Source: Candidatus Latescibacterota bacterium (lineage in GTDB: Bacteria; Latescibacterota; UBA2968). Taken from it: DNA of 64,000 nucleotides. How positions within the stretch are numbered: the first letter of the stretch is position 1; each line of letters begins with the position of its first letter. Location of the stretch: the NCBI GenBank assembly GCA_038279365.1, contig JAYODI010000016.1, positions 224-64,223 of the forward strand, read 5' to 3'. A program made the position numbers and the translations under genes. Positions 27,619 through 37,310 of this stretch are shown here, one piece after another. The notes below the pieces were generated by a model. The model was not told the origin of the DNA. It searched no databases and was given only the letters and a program-made list of their open reading frames with translations.

Positions 27619-28371
27619 ATGGCAAACGGCAAACGGCAAATGGCAAAGGTGTTGCTTCAAATGGTGACGGTTGGGCTGATGTATTTGCTGATGGTGGGGG
27701 CTTTACAAGCTGGTGAGCCCTTTGCCGTATTGGAATTGTTTACTTCTCAAGGCTGATCGAGTTGCCCGTCTGCCGATCAGTTGCTCGGCGAATTGTCTGA
27801 TGTTGATCAACGTATTTTTGCGTTGAGTTTCCATGTAGATTATTGGAATCGTTTGGGGTGGGTGGATCCTTTTAGTCAAAAAGCTTTTTCGCAACGGCAA
27901 CGCCGTTATGCCCAAGTTTTGAAAGACCGGCGTGTGTATACGCCCGAAATGGTGGTGAATGGCAAAGATGGTTTTGTTGGCTCGGATCGTCAAAGAGCCA
28001 AACATCGCATTGCACAAGCTTTGCGCGATACGGTGGACGTGTCCTTAGATTTGACGACGCAATCTGGAGGCAATGCTACCCGATTACAGGTGGTTTATCG
28101 ATTGGATGTGGTTCCTGAAAATGCCGTGTTGCATGTGGCATTGGTGGAAAAAATGGCACAGGTGCAGGTGCCACGTGGCGAGAATGCTGGACGTAGTCTA
28201 CAGCATCATCATGTGGTGCGTGAATTTGTCTCTGTAAAGGCAGATACGATGGGTGTGGTGCGTTTGAAAATACCTGATGGACTTGAAAGAGAAAAGATCG
28301 ACGTGATTGGATTTGTGCAGGATAAAGTGTCGATGTCTATTTTGGCAGCAAATTTTTTAGGCCAAGAATAA
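27619..28371 (+). CDS. DUF1223 thioredoxin-fold protein with in-frame TGA at 27754..27756 (candidate selenocysteine, UxxC)
   Basis: Same frame as track ORF 27781..28371. Upstream translation gives MANGKRQMAKVLLQMVTVGLMYLLMVGALQAGEPFAVLELFTSQG-TGA-SSCPSADQLLGELSD..FALSFHVDYWNRLGWVDPF..RVYTPEMVVNG. The family hallmark is ELFTSQGCSSCPxAD. The total of about 250 aa matches the family size. Confidence 0.6.
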
Positions 28372-28398
28372 CTTCAGAACAAAAGGGAGGCGGTTCAG

Positions 28399-29559
28399 AT
28401 GGGTAATCCGGTGAAGGTTGCAGTGGTTGGTTTGGGGCAACGTGGTTTGCAACACCTCAAAGCTTTGTGGACATTACAAAGTGAAGGGCAAGTAGACGTG
28501 GTTGCTTTGGGTGATGCATTTGAAGGCAATTTGGCGCAAGAGAAGATTGCCAAATATGTACCCGGTTTTGTATTGGGTGATATTCCAACATTTACACAGT
28601 TTGATGATTTATATGCCAATACGAAATTTGATGCGTTATATATGGTGATTCCGCCAGGATTTCACAAAGGTGAAATTGTGCGTGCGGTAGGTGATGGCGT
28701 GCATATTTTTGCCGAAAAACCTATGAGCTTGTTTTTGGACGAAGCCATCGAAATGGATGAAGCCATTCGCAAATCGGGTGTGATTTCAACAACGGGTTTC
28801 CAACGCAGGCACGAACCTTTTAGTGAGGTTGCGCATCAGTTTTTTAAAGACAAACGCCCCGTGATGGCCACTATGATTTCTGAAGGGTTTTTGGAACAGC
28901 ATTCGGTGAAACACACGCAAACGGCAACAAAGGGTGGACCCAAAGACAATGTGTGGGCCAAAAACGCGGCTTGGTCGGGTATGACGGTTGTGGAAGCGGG
29001 TATTCATCAAACCGATTTGATGCGGTATTGGTTTGGCGATATCAAATGGGTACAAGCGGCTTATGTGCCACGTGATGCAGAGGATGTGGAAGACGGAGGA
29101 GATAACCCATATGCCTATACGGTGACGTATGGATTTGAAAATGGGGCGGTGGGCAATTTGCTGATGTCGCGTTTGCGCAAAGTGTATCGCTCGGGTGGGT
29201 ATCAAATTGCGATGTGGAATCACGGTCATTTGGTGCAAGAAGGCAACGAGGCAGTGGCTTACTATTATGATGGACCCTATCCGCCTTCAGACAAACCTAC
29301 TACGGATTCGGTGCGCCATGTTTTGGAGATGCCAGAGCAACGCGACACGACATATGAGATCAACAAAGCTTTTGTTCAGGCAGTACAATCGGGAGATGAA
29401 TCGGGTATGCGCAATACGTTTGCCAGCAGCATGAACAGTTTGGCCGCGGTATTGGCCGCAAATGTGTCACACATGCGCAATGGTGAACGCATAGATTTGG
29501 ATGCCTTTTTAACTTCTGATGTGTATGCTCAATATCGACAACGACCGGAAGGAATGTAA
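28399..29559 (+). CDS. Gfo/Idh/MocA family oxidoreductase
   Basis: N-terminal Rossmann motif VKVAVVGLGQRG, then EKP. SD GGGAGG. Confidence 0.85.
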   Translation: MGNPVKVAVVGLGQRGLQHLKALWTLQSEGQVDVVALGDAFEGNLAQEKIAKYVPGFVLGDIPTFTQFDDLYANTKFDALYMVIPPGFHKGEIVRAVGDGVHIFAEKPMSLFLDEAIEMDEAIRKSGVISTTGFQRRHEPFSEVAHQFFKDKRPVMATMISEGFLEQHSVKHTQTATKGGPKDNVWAKNAAWSGMTVVEAGIHQTDLMRYWFGDIKWVQAAYVPRDAEDVEDGGDNPYAYTVTYGFENGAVGNLLMSRLRKVYRSGGYQIAMWNHGHLVQEGNEAVAYYYDGPYPPSDKPTTDSVRHVLEMPEQRDTTYEINKAFVQAVQSGDESGMRNTFASSMNSLAAVLAANVSHMRNGERIDLDAFLTSDVYAQYRQRPEGM

Positions 29560-29560
29560 T

Positions 29561-30520
29561 ATGGGATCTATAGATAAACCATTGACAGAGTTGGTGGGAT
29601 ATAAACCTGATCAAACAACACCTTCAGATTTTGATGCTTTTTGGGATGGTTTGTGTGGTGAAAGTGCATCCATTCCGCTCAATGCCAGTTTTACAAAGGT
29701 GGATGATATATTGCCTTTGGCCAATGTGTACGATGTGGCATTTGATGGGGTAGATGGTGTTCGGGTAAAAGGGTGGTTTTTGACACCCAAGGATATTGCC
29801 CAACCTCTACCTGCTGTGGTACAGTTTATTGGGTATTCGGGGGGGCGAGATTATCCGCACGCATTGGCGTCTCATGTGCTGAATGGTTTTTGTGCATTTA
29901 TTATGGACTCTCGCGGGCAAGGGGGCAATACGGGGCAACGGTTGGATACGTCGCATGGTGGACAGCGCGGATTTATTACCCATGGTATTTTGGATAAGAA
30001 CGAATATTATTACAAAAATTTCTATTTGGACACCATTCGAGCCGTAGAAGTTGTGCGTGAACGCGAGGAAGTGGATGGGGCGCGCATTGCTGCCATTGGT
30101 GGCAGCCAAGGGGGGGCGTTGACCATTGCATGTGCGGCTTTATCTCCGCATGTGACGGTGATGGCTCCTGATGTACCTTGGTTGTCACATTTTCGGCGTT
30201 CGGTTGATTTGGCGGTGGGGCCCTATGAAGAGATTACGGATTTTATGAAGCGGTTTCCAGATCGCATTGAAGATGCATTTTCTACCTTGGCTTATTTTGA
30301 CAATATGAATTTGGTAAGCCGGGTAGGGGTTTCTCAGGCTTATTATTCTGTGGGTTTGTGGGATAATATTTGCCCGCCATCGACGGTCTATGCGTCTTAT
30401 AATTGGTTGCCCACATCTGTTGAAAAGCAGATCGCTGTGTATCCTTATAACGGCCATGAAGGCGGTGGTAATTTGCATCAAAGCCGCAAGCTAAAATGGT
30501 TGCGAGACGTTTTGGGATAG
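29561..30520 (+). CDS. acetyl-xylan esterase / cephalosporin-C deacetylase (CE7, AXE1)
   Basis: PSDFDAFW, nucleophile elbow GGSQGG, and a C-terminal ..YPYNGHEGG. The start is trimmed to ATG 29561. Confidence 0.85.
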   Translation: MGSIDKPLTELVGYKPDQTTPSDFDAFWDGLCGESASIPLNASFTKVDDILPLANVYDVAFDGVDGVRVKGWFLTPKDIAQPLPAVVQFIGYSGGRDYPHALASHVLNGFCAFIMDSRGQGGNTGQRLDTSHGGQRGFITHGILDKNEYYYKNFYLDTIRAVEVVREREEVDGARIAAIGGSQGGALTIACAALSPHVTVMAPDVPWLSHFRRSVDLAVGPYEEITDFMKRFPDRIEDAFSTLAYFDNMNLVSRVGVSQAYYSVGLWDNICPPSTVYASYNWLPTSVEKQIAVYPYNGHEGGGNLHQSRKLKWLRDVLG

Positions 30521-30540
30521 GACTGGCATAACAAAATAAA

Positions 30541-30574
30541 AGCCCCCAGCAACATGCGTTGCTGGGGGCTTTTG
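30541..30574. terminator. bidirectional intrinsic terminator
   Basis: AGCCCCCAGCAAC-ATGC-GTTGCTGGGGGCT forms a 13-bp GC-rich stem flanked by A-runs and T-runs. It lies between the convergent esterase and pckA genes. Confidence 0.8.
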
Positions 30575-30583
30575 CGTGATCTT

Positions 30584-32164
30584 TTATTTGGGACCTGCTT
30601 TGATAATCTCTTTGCTGGTGCCAGATTCAAATTGTTTGAAATTTTGCTTAAACAAATGTGCCAAATGTGCGGCTTTTGCATCGTAGGCACTGGCATTGGC
30701 CCACGTGTTTTTGGGCCACAAAATACTCCCTGTTACATCGGGGCAGGTTTTGGGCACATTGAGGCCAAAGACAGGATCGATGTCGTAGTCTATATTGGCC
30801 AGAGAACCGTTGTGGATGGCGTTGATGATAGAGCGTGTATTGGTGAGTGTGATGCGTTTGCCCACACCATAACCGCCACCGGACCACCCGGTGTTGACCA
30901 ACCAAACGTGGGAGTCGTGTTCACGGATTTTTTCAGCCAACATTTCGGCATATTTGCTGGGGTGCCAAACCAAAAAGGGTGCACCAAAGCATGCTGAAAA
31001 GGAGGCCTGTGGTTCGGTAATGCCCATTTCGGTGCCTGCTACTTTTGCTGTGTAACCACTGATAAAATGGTACATGGCTTGTTCGGGTGTGAGTTTGCTC
31101 ACGGGAGGCAGTACCCCAAATGCATCACAGGTGAGAAATATTACATTTTGTGGGTGCCCACTGATACAAGGAATTTGGGCATTGGGTATGTATTCAATTG
31201 GATATGCGGCTCGGGTATTTTCGGTAATGGTGTCGTCTTCATAATTGACAGATCGGTTGTTGAGATCGTATCCCACATTTTCTAAGACGGTACCAAAACG
31301 AATGGCATTGTAGATCTCGGGTTCACGGGCTTGTGATAGGTTGATGCATTTGGCATAACAGCCGCCTTCAAAGTTGAACACTCCTTTATTGCTCCAGCCG
31401 TGTTCATCATCACCAATGAGGCGACGGCGAGGATCGGCTGAAAGGGTGGTTTTGCCTGTCCCTGATAACCCAAAAAAGAGTGCCGTATCGCCGGCATTGC
31501 CTACATTGGCAGAACAATGCATGGACATGATACCTTGTTTGGGGAGCAAATAATTGAGCACTGTAAAGATGCCTTTTTTCATTTCGCCGGCATATTCGGT
31601 GCCCAAAATCACCATTTCTTTGTGTTCAAAGCTTAAGTCTACGCTGGTTGTAGATGTCATGGCTGCGGTGTAACGATTGGCTGGAAAACGCCCCGCATTA
31701 AAAATGACATAATCTGGATCACCAAAACTTTCTAAATCGCGTCGGGTGGGGCGAATGAGCATGTTGTTCATAAAGAGAGCATGGTAGGCACGTGTGCAAA
31801 TGACGCGTACTTTGATGCGATATTCGGGGTCCCAACCGGCATAACCATCGACAACAAAAAGGCGATCACACACATTGAGATAGTCGATGGCACGTTCGCG
31901 GTTGACCAAGAAAGTGTGTTCGTCGAGTTTGATATTGATGTCACCCCACCAAATGTCTTTTTCACTGTCGGGGTGGTACATCACACGCTTATCCCCTGGG
32001 CTTCGACCTGTTTTATCGCCAGATCGAACCGCCAATGCACCTGTATTTGTAATGACTGATCCGGTTTCTCGTTTTAGTGCTTCTTCATAAAGAACGGCTG
32101 GTGAGCAGTTGCGGAGGATGTTCTGATTGGTAATGTGATATTTTTCCAGGCTAATGTTATTCAT
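30584..32164 (-). CDS. pckA: phosphoenolpyruvate carboxykinase (ATP)
   Basis: Motifs [27 protein letters not shown] and GCYAKC. The start is set at ATG 32164 (GGAAGGA 9 nt upstream). Confidence 0.95.
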   Translation of the reverse strand: MNNISLEKYHITNQNILRNCSPAVLYEEALKRETGSVITNTGALAVRSGDKTGRSPGDKRVMYHPDSEKDIWWGDINIKLDEHTFLVNRERAIDYLNVCDRLFVVDGYAGWDPEYRIKVRVICTRAYHALFMNNMLIRPTRRDLESFGDPDYVIFNAGRFPANRYTAAMTSTTSVDLSFEHKEMVILGTEYAGEMKKGIFTVLNYLLPKQGIMSMHCSANVGNAGDTALFFGLSGTGKTTLSADPRRRLIGDDEHGWSNKGVFNFEGGCYAKCINLSQAREPEIYNAIRFGTVLENVGYDLNNRSVNYEDDTITENTRAAYPIEYIPNAQIPCISGHPQNVIFLTCDAFGVLPPVSKLTPEQAMYHFISGYTAKVAGTEMGITEPQASFSACFGAPFLVWHPSKYAEMLAEKIREHDSHVWLVNTGWSGGGYGVGKRITLTNTRSIINAIHNGSLANIDYDIDPVFGLNVPKTCPDVTGSILWPKNTWANASAYDAKAAHLAHLFKQNFKQFESGTSKEIIKAGPK

Positions 32165-32351
32165 GTATAACATTCCTTCCTCGGTGAAAAAAGATGAGTT
32201 TAAATTCCCATACCTAATATACCTTATTGGACAACTTTTGCACAAGCGCGTCTTTATTAAAATTTTGATTGGATGGCTGGGTGCGTTTTTTTTGTCTTTT
32301 ATTTTTATTTGGTTTTATATTGCACCATCACCTTTTTAGAAAGGAATGATT

Positions 32352-33749
32352 ATGAAGCTGCAATTTTGTGGTGGGGCAAGAACGGTTACGGGATCGCAAC
32401 ATTTGTTGATGGTAAATGACAAACGTATTTTATTGGAATGTGGTCTTTTTCAAGGTCGTCGTGCCGATACGTATGATCGCAATCTCAATTTTTGTTTTGA
32501 TCCAGCAACCATAGATGCCATGATTTTGTCACATGCGCACATTGATCACAGTGGCAATATTCCCAATTTTGTAAAACACGGTTTTACAGGATCCATTTAT
32601 GCCACGGCGGCAACGGTAGACTTATGTCAAATTATGTTACGCGATTCGGCCTATTTGCAAGAAAGAGACGTAGAGTGGGCAAACAAAATTCGTCGCAAAC
32701 GTGGTGAAGATTTGGTTGAACCGCTTTATTCTATTGAAGATGCCGAAAAAGCAATGACCCAATTTGTAGGTATGCAGTACAATCGTCCATATGAGATTTG
32801 TGACGGTGTGGAAATGATGTTTCGCGATGCAGGACATATTTTGGGTTCGGCGGGAGTGTTGCTCAACATTAAGGAAAATGGCCGTACTTTCCGTTTGGGT
32901 TTTACGGGAGATATTGGGCGCACAGAAGTGCCCATTATTCGCGACCCTGATGTGTTGCGCGATGTGGATGCACTGATTATGGAAAGTACATATGGCAACC
33001 GATTGCACAGCCCCCGAGAAGACGTTGAAGAAGAATTGGCCAGTACAATTCGGGATGTGGCCAAAGGGGGTGGGAAAGTGATCATCCCTGCTTTTGCGGT
33101 GGGGCGCACCCAAGTGATTGTGTATATGTTGCACAAGCTATTTGATCAAAACCGCATTCCCGATATGCCCATTTTTGTTGACAGCCCATTGGCCACAGCG
33201 GCAACGCAAGTATTTCGTTCGCACCCAGAATGTTTTGACAGAGAAACCTATCGGGTATTTTTAGATGGACAAGATGATCCCTTTGGTTTTGACCGTTTAA
33301 AATATGTGGGCAGTGTAGAAGATTCAAAAAAATTGAATGATTTAAAATATCCGCATATCATTATTTCGGCGTCTGGTATGGCCGAAGGTGGGCGCATTGT
33401 GCATCATTTGCGGAATAACATTGGCAATTCGCGGGCGATGGTGTTGTTTGTGGGGTATGCCGCTGAGCATACTTTGGCGCGCCGGATTATGGATGGGCAT
33501 TCTCCAGTGAAAATTTTTGGTGAAGAATTTGATGTGCGCTGTCAGGTCAAACGCATGGATGCTTTTAGTGGGCATGCAGATCGCAATGAGTTGCTTGAGT
33601 ATATTTCTTATGCATCACCAGAAAAGCTGAAACATATTTTTTTGGTACACGGAGAAGAAGAACAAGCATTGCCATTGCGTGATGCGATTAAAGAAAAAGG
33701 ATTTAAACGGGTGGACTATCCTGCACCCAGAGAGATTTTTGAACTTTAA
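32352..33749 (+). CDS. MBL-fold beta-CASP family hydrolase (RNA-metabolising metallo-beta-lactamase)
   Basis: HAHIDHSGNIP (HxHxDH), the beta-CASP region ESTYG and a C-terminal SGHAD. Confidence 0.85.
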   Translation: MKLQFCGGARTVTGSQHLLMVNDKRILLECGLFQGRRADTYDRNLNFCFDPATIDAMILSHAHIDHSGNIPNFVKHGFTGSIYATAATVDLCQIMLRDSAYLQERDVEWANKIRRKRGEDLVEPLYSIEDAEKAMTQFVGMQYNRPYEICDGVEMMFRDAGHILGSAGVLLNIKENGRTFRLGFTGDIGRTEVPIIRDPDVLRDVDALIMESTYGNRLHSPREDVEEELASTIRDVAKGGGKVIIPAFAVGRTQVIVYMLHKLFDQNRIPDMPIFVDSPLATAATQVFRSHPECFDRETYRVFLDGQDDPFGFDRLKYVGSVEDSKKLNDLKYPHIIISASGMAEGGRIVHHLRNNIGNSRAMVLFVGYAAEHTLARRIMDGHSPVKIFGEEFDVRCQVKRMDAFSGHADRNELLEYISYASPEKLKHIFLVHGEEEQALPLRDAIKEKGFKRVDYPAPREIFEL

Positions 33750-33768
33750 ACCAGATTGTGGAGGTCGT

Positions 33769-34857
33769 ATGGCTAAGCAGAAGAGAATCCGAGTAGGGGT
33801 TTTGGGGCAAGGGCGTAGTGGGCTTAACATTCATTGTGAATGGTTTCGCAAATCAAAAGCCAAATATGAAATCGTTGCTGTATCGGATATTTTAAAAGAC
33901 CGACGCGAACGTGCTGAAAAAGAATTGGGTTGTACGGCATATGCTGATTATCACGATTTGCTCAAACGCGATGATTTGGATTTGGTGGTGAATTCATTGC
34001 CTTCTCATTTGCACCCACAAGGCACCATAGACATTTTAAAAGCCGGACACAATGCGGTATGTGAAAAACCTTTGGGTGCTACGGTAAAAGATGTGAAGCG
34101 TGTGATTGCAACGGCTAAAAAAACGGGTAAAATTTATGCGCCTTTTCAACAGTCGCGCAATGCACCTGCCTTTCAGCAAATGAAAAAAGTAATTGATTCG
34201 GGTGTATTGGGGCGGGCGGTGATGGTTAAGATTGCTTATAATGGGTATGCGCGTCGATGGGATTGGCAAACTTTGCAAGAGTTTTCGGCAGGGAATTTGT
34301 ACAATACAGGCCCACACCCTATGGATCAGGCCATGTGTTTGCTCGATTGGAAAATGCCAGAAGTGCATTGTGTAATGGATCGTGCCAATTCGTATGGTGA
34401 TGCAGAAGATCATGTTAAGGTGATTATGACACGTAAGGGGGCGCCCACCATTGATTTGGAGATATCTTCTTGTTGTGCTTATTCGGGCGATATGTATCAA
34501 GTATATGGCACACGGGGTGGGCTTACGGGCGGGCCATCGGGAATGAAGTGGCGGTATTTTAACCCAGACAAAAATGAAAAACAAAGCCTTATTCGTACAC
34601 CCTTGCCTGGGCCCAGTTATTGCAGAGAAACGTTGACGTTTACAGAAAAAACATGGGTGCCCAATGCGCAACAGAAAGACACTTTTACGTATATGTCGAA
34701 AGCATTTTACGATCATCTTTATAAGGTTTTGACCGAGGGAGCACCTTTGGCCATGACACCTGAACAGGTGATTCCTCAAATTGCTGTAATGGAAGAATGT
34801 CATCGACAGAATCCGTTGAAAAAACTCAAAAGTAAAGGTTGGCCCAAAGGAAATTGA
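33769..34857 (+). CDS. Gfo/Idh/MocA family oxidoreductase
   Basis: Motifs IRVGVLGQGRSG and CEKP. SD GGAGG lies before ATG 33769. Confidence 0.85.
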   Translation: MAKQKRIRVGVLGQGRSGLNIHCEWFRKSKAKYEIVAVSDILKDRRERAEKELGCTAYADYHDLLKRDDLDLVVNSLPSHLHPQGTIDILKAGHNAVCEKPLGATVKDVKRVIATAKKTGKIYAPFQQSRNAPAFQQMKKVIDSGVLGRAVMVKIAYNGYARRWDWQTLQEFSAGNLYNTGPHPMDQAMCLLDWKMPEVHCVMDRANSYGDAEDHVKVIMTRKGAPTIDLEISSCCAYSGDMYQVYGTRGGLTGGPSGMKWRYFNPDKNEKQSLIRTPLPGPSYCRETLTFTEKTWVPNAQQKDTFTYMSKAFYDHLYKVLTEGAPLAMTPEQVIPQIAVMEECHRQNPLKKLKSKGWPKGN

Positions 34858-34871
34858 GATAGGATGATGCC

Positions 34872-35732
34872 ATGAAGAAACTTCGTGTTGCGGCTTGTCA
34901 AATGTTGGCGGGTGAAGATATTGAATCCAATGCCCAAAAAATAGTTGATCGTTTGCGATCTTGTGCCCGTGAAGGTGTTGATGTGGCTGCATTTCACGAG
35001 GGTGTACTTTATGGATATTCTTGTCGGCCCGAATTTTGGGATACGTTTGATCAAAAACGCATCGAAAAAGCGGAACGTCGGATTATTCGGACATGTAAAA
35101 CATTGGATATTGGATGTGTGTTGGGCTCAACACATGTTGAGGCCGATGTTCGATATAACAGTTTGTTGATCATTGATAAAGATGGCACGGTTTTGGGGCG
35201 GTATGGCAAAATCCATTTGGCCGGTGAAAAATGGTGTGCGCCGTCTCAAAACATGCCCATTTTTAACCTTTGTGGCGTGCCTTGTTGTTTTATTATTTGC
35301 CACGATGTGCGTTATCCTGAATTGGTGCGGTTGCCTGCGGCGGCTGGGGCGAAGGTGTGTTTTTTTTGCAGTTGTGAAAGCTCAATCATTTCCGAATATA
35401 AGTTGTCGGCTTATCGGGCTATGCCTATTAGCCGTGCAACTGAAAACAGTATTTATGTGGTGATGACCAATGCCCCTGCCGACGCCAATGATTTGCATCG
35501 CTCTGGGTCTTCTCATGGCGAGTCAAAGGTCATTCACCCCGATGGAAATGTGTTGGTTGAAGCAGGTATGTTTACGGAAGAAATATTGATACACGATTTG
35601 GACTTGGGTGCCGCGTCAAGAAGCATTGCGTTGCGCGGACTAAATGATGTAACGTGTTTAACCGATTGGATGCATGATGGGGTGAAATTGGTCACATCCG
35701 TGCCGTCCAAATCTCGGCGAAAGAAGGCATAA
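34872..35732 (+). CDS. carbon-nitrogen hydrolase (nitrilase superfamily)
   Basis: LRVAACQM, the catalytic Cys context CCFIICHDVRYPE, and the E..K..C triad spacing. Confidence 0.85.
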   Translation: MKKLRVAACQMLAGEDIESNAQKIVDRLRSCAREGVDVAAFHEGVLYGYSCRPEFWDTFDQKRIEKAERRIIRTCKTLDIGCVLGSTHVEADVRYNSLLIIDKDGTVLGRYGKIHLAGEKWCAPSQNMPIFNLCGVPCCFIICHDVRYPELVRLPAAAGAKVCFFCSCESSIISEYKLSAYRAMPISRATENSIYVVMTNAPADANDLHRSGSSHGESKVIHPDGNVLVEAGMFTEEILIHDLDLGAASRSIALRGLNDVTCLTDWMHDGVKLVTSVPSKSRRKKA

Positions 35733-35735
35733 GAT

Positions 35736-37193
35736 ATGACGGGATCACGGCCCAATATTTTGTGGATTTGTACGGATCAACAGCGTTATGACACGATTGG
35801 GGCATTGGGTAATGTGCATGTTTCAACGCCCAATATTGACCGACTTGTCAAAGAAGGTGTGGCTTTTACTCATGCCTATTGTCAAAGCCCCATTTGCACA
35901 CCCAGCAGAGCCAGTTTTTTAACGGGGATGTATGCCAGCGCGGTGCATGTAAATGGCAATGGCAATGCGCACTTTCCCGATCACCCGCCGTTGGTGACCA
36001 AGTTGTTGGCCGATGCGGGTTATGATTGCGGGCTTATTGGCAAATTGCATTTGTCGAGTGCATTTGGGCGCGTGGAAAAACGTGTGGACGATGGTTATCG
36101 GTATTGGCAATATAGCCATGCACCACGCGATGATTGGGAAACGGGACATGATTATGCCGATTGGGTACGTGATCAAGGTGAGGTATTGGGAGACTTAACC
36201 AAAAGTGTGGATGGCGTGCCTGCCCAATTTCATCAAACAACGTGGTGTGCCGAAAAGACCATTGAATTTATAAAGGAAGAACGCAAAGGACCGTGGTTGG
36301 CCAGTGTGAATATTTATGACCCACACCCGCCCTTTAACCCACCCAAGGCTTATCGCGACCAATTTGACCCAGATGACATGCCTGAGCCGTTGTTTTTGGA
36401 AAGCGATTTGGTTCAACAAGAAAAATTGGCCGCATTGGATTTTCAATCGAGGGCAAAACACCCGAGTGAATTGGACATTAAAAGCCCGATTATTCCGTGG
36501 AAGCAAACGCGTGGTTTAAAAGAGCCAGAGTCGGCGGGTTTGCGCGATGGAAAGACGTTGAAGGCGGCTTATTATGCGATGATTAAATTGATTGATGACC
36601 AAATTGGGCGCCTGTTGGATGTGTTGGAAGAAACGGGCCAGCGTGAAAATACGCTCGTTATTTTTATGAGCGATCACGGTGAAACATTGGGCGACCATGG
36701 CCTGATTCAAAAAGGGTGCCGATTTTATGAAGGTTTGGTGCGGGTGCCATTGATTGTTTCGTGGCCAGGAAAAATACAAGAAGATGTTGTGAATGATGCA
36801 TTGGTTGAGTTACGTGACATTGCACCGATGTTGCTCAATTTGGGTGGTGTTGACGTGCCTGCGTGGGTTGATGCACCGTCTTTGTGGCACTTGCTAACAG
36901 GATCGCGAGCACCCCAAGAACATCGTGACTTTGTGCGTTGTGAATATTATAATGCACTGGATATGAAAGACAATACGTTTGCTACGATGTATCGCAATGC
37001 CCGATATAAATTGGTGGTGTATCATGGGCATGGTTTGGGAGAGTTATACGATCTTCAAAACGACCCCGATGAGTTTCATAATTTGTGGGATGATGAAGCA
37101 CATCAAACCATCAAGATGGACTTGATGCAGCGCAGTTTTGATGCGTCTATATTGGCCATGGATAAAGGACCACCGCGTATTGGGCCGATGTAG
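35736..37193 (+). CDS. sulfatase (formylglycine-dependent, arylsulfatase A family)
   Basis: Motifs NILWICTDQQR, CTPSRASFLTG (CxPxR) and SDHGE. Confidence 0.9.
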   Translation: MTGSRPNILWICTDQQRYDTIGALGNVHVSTPNIDRLVKEGVAFTHAYCQSPICTPSRASFLTGMYASAVHVNGNGNAHFPDHPPLVTKLLADAGYDCGLIGKLHLSSAFGRVEKRVDDGYRYWQYSHAPRDDWETGHDYADWVRDQGEVLGDLTKSVDGVPAQFHQTTWCAEKTIEFIKEERKGPWLASVNIYDPHPPFNPPKAYRDQFDPDDMPEPLFLESDLVQQEKLAALDFQSRAKHPSELDIKSPIIPWKQTRGLKEPESAGLRDGKTLKAAYYAMIKLIDDQIGRLLDVLEETGQRENTLVIFMSDHGETLGDHGLIQKGCRFYEGLVRVPLIVSWPGKIQEDVVNDALVELRDIAPMLLNLGGVDVPAWVDAPSLWHLLTGSRAPQEHRDFVRCEYYNALDMKDNTFATMYRNARYKLVVYHGHGLGELYDLQNDPDEFHNLWDDEAHQTIKMDLMQRSFDASILAMDKGPPRIGPM

Positions 37194-37310
37194 TGCATTG
37201 GGATATTTGTTGAAGATGATGGGTGTTTTTGATTATTTTATTCACTGGATCTGGTCGTCGCGGACCTCCAATGGTATTTCCGGGTCTTTCACGTTTGGGA
37301 GGTTGTTGAT

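Noticed and set aside
27754-27756. TGA read as Trp or Gly through an alternative genetic code (code 4 or 25).
   Set aside because: TGA clearly terminates well-supported neighbouring genes (SDR at 12273, HAD at 25125, LarA-like at 26431, the 281-aa ORF at 27278), and no other gene in the window needs TGA read-through.
27781-28371. Track ORF starting at TTG 27781 as the complete gene.
   Set aside because: It would lack the signal peptide and the entire redox motif of the DUF1223 family. The same frame is open upstream to ATG 27619 apart from one TGA, so the fragment is better explained as the 3-prime part of a Sec-containing or disrupted gene.
34036-34992. 318-aa minus-strand ORF. The same applies to 3038..3982 (+), 24074..24829 (-), 62475..63185 (-), 42304..42786 (-) and 23733..24272 (-).
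   Set aside because: All are antisense to genes with clear family motifs and SD sequences. Their compositions are biased, and they are shadow ORFs caused by codon bias.
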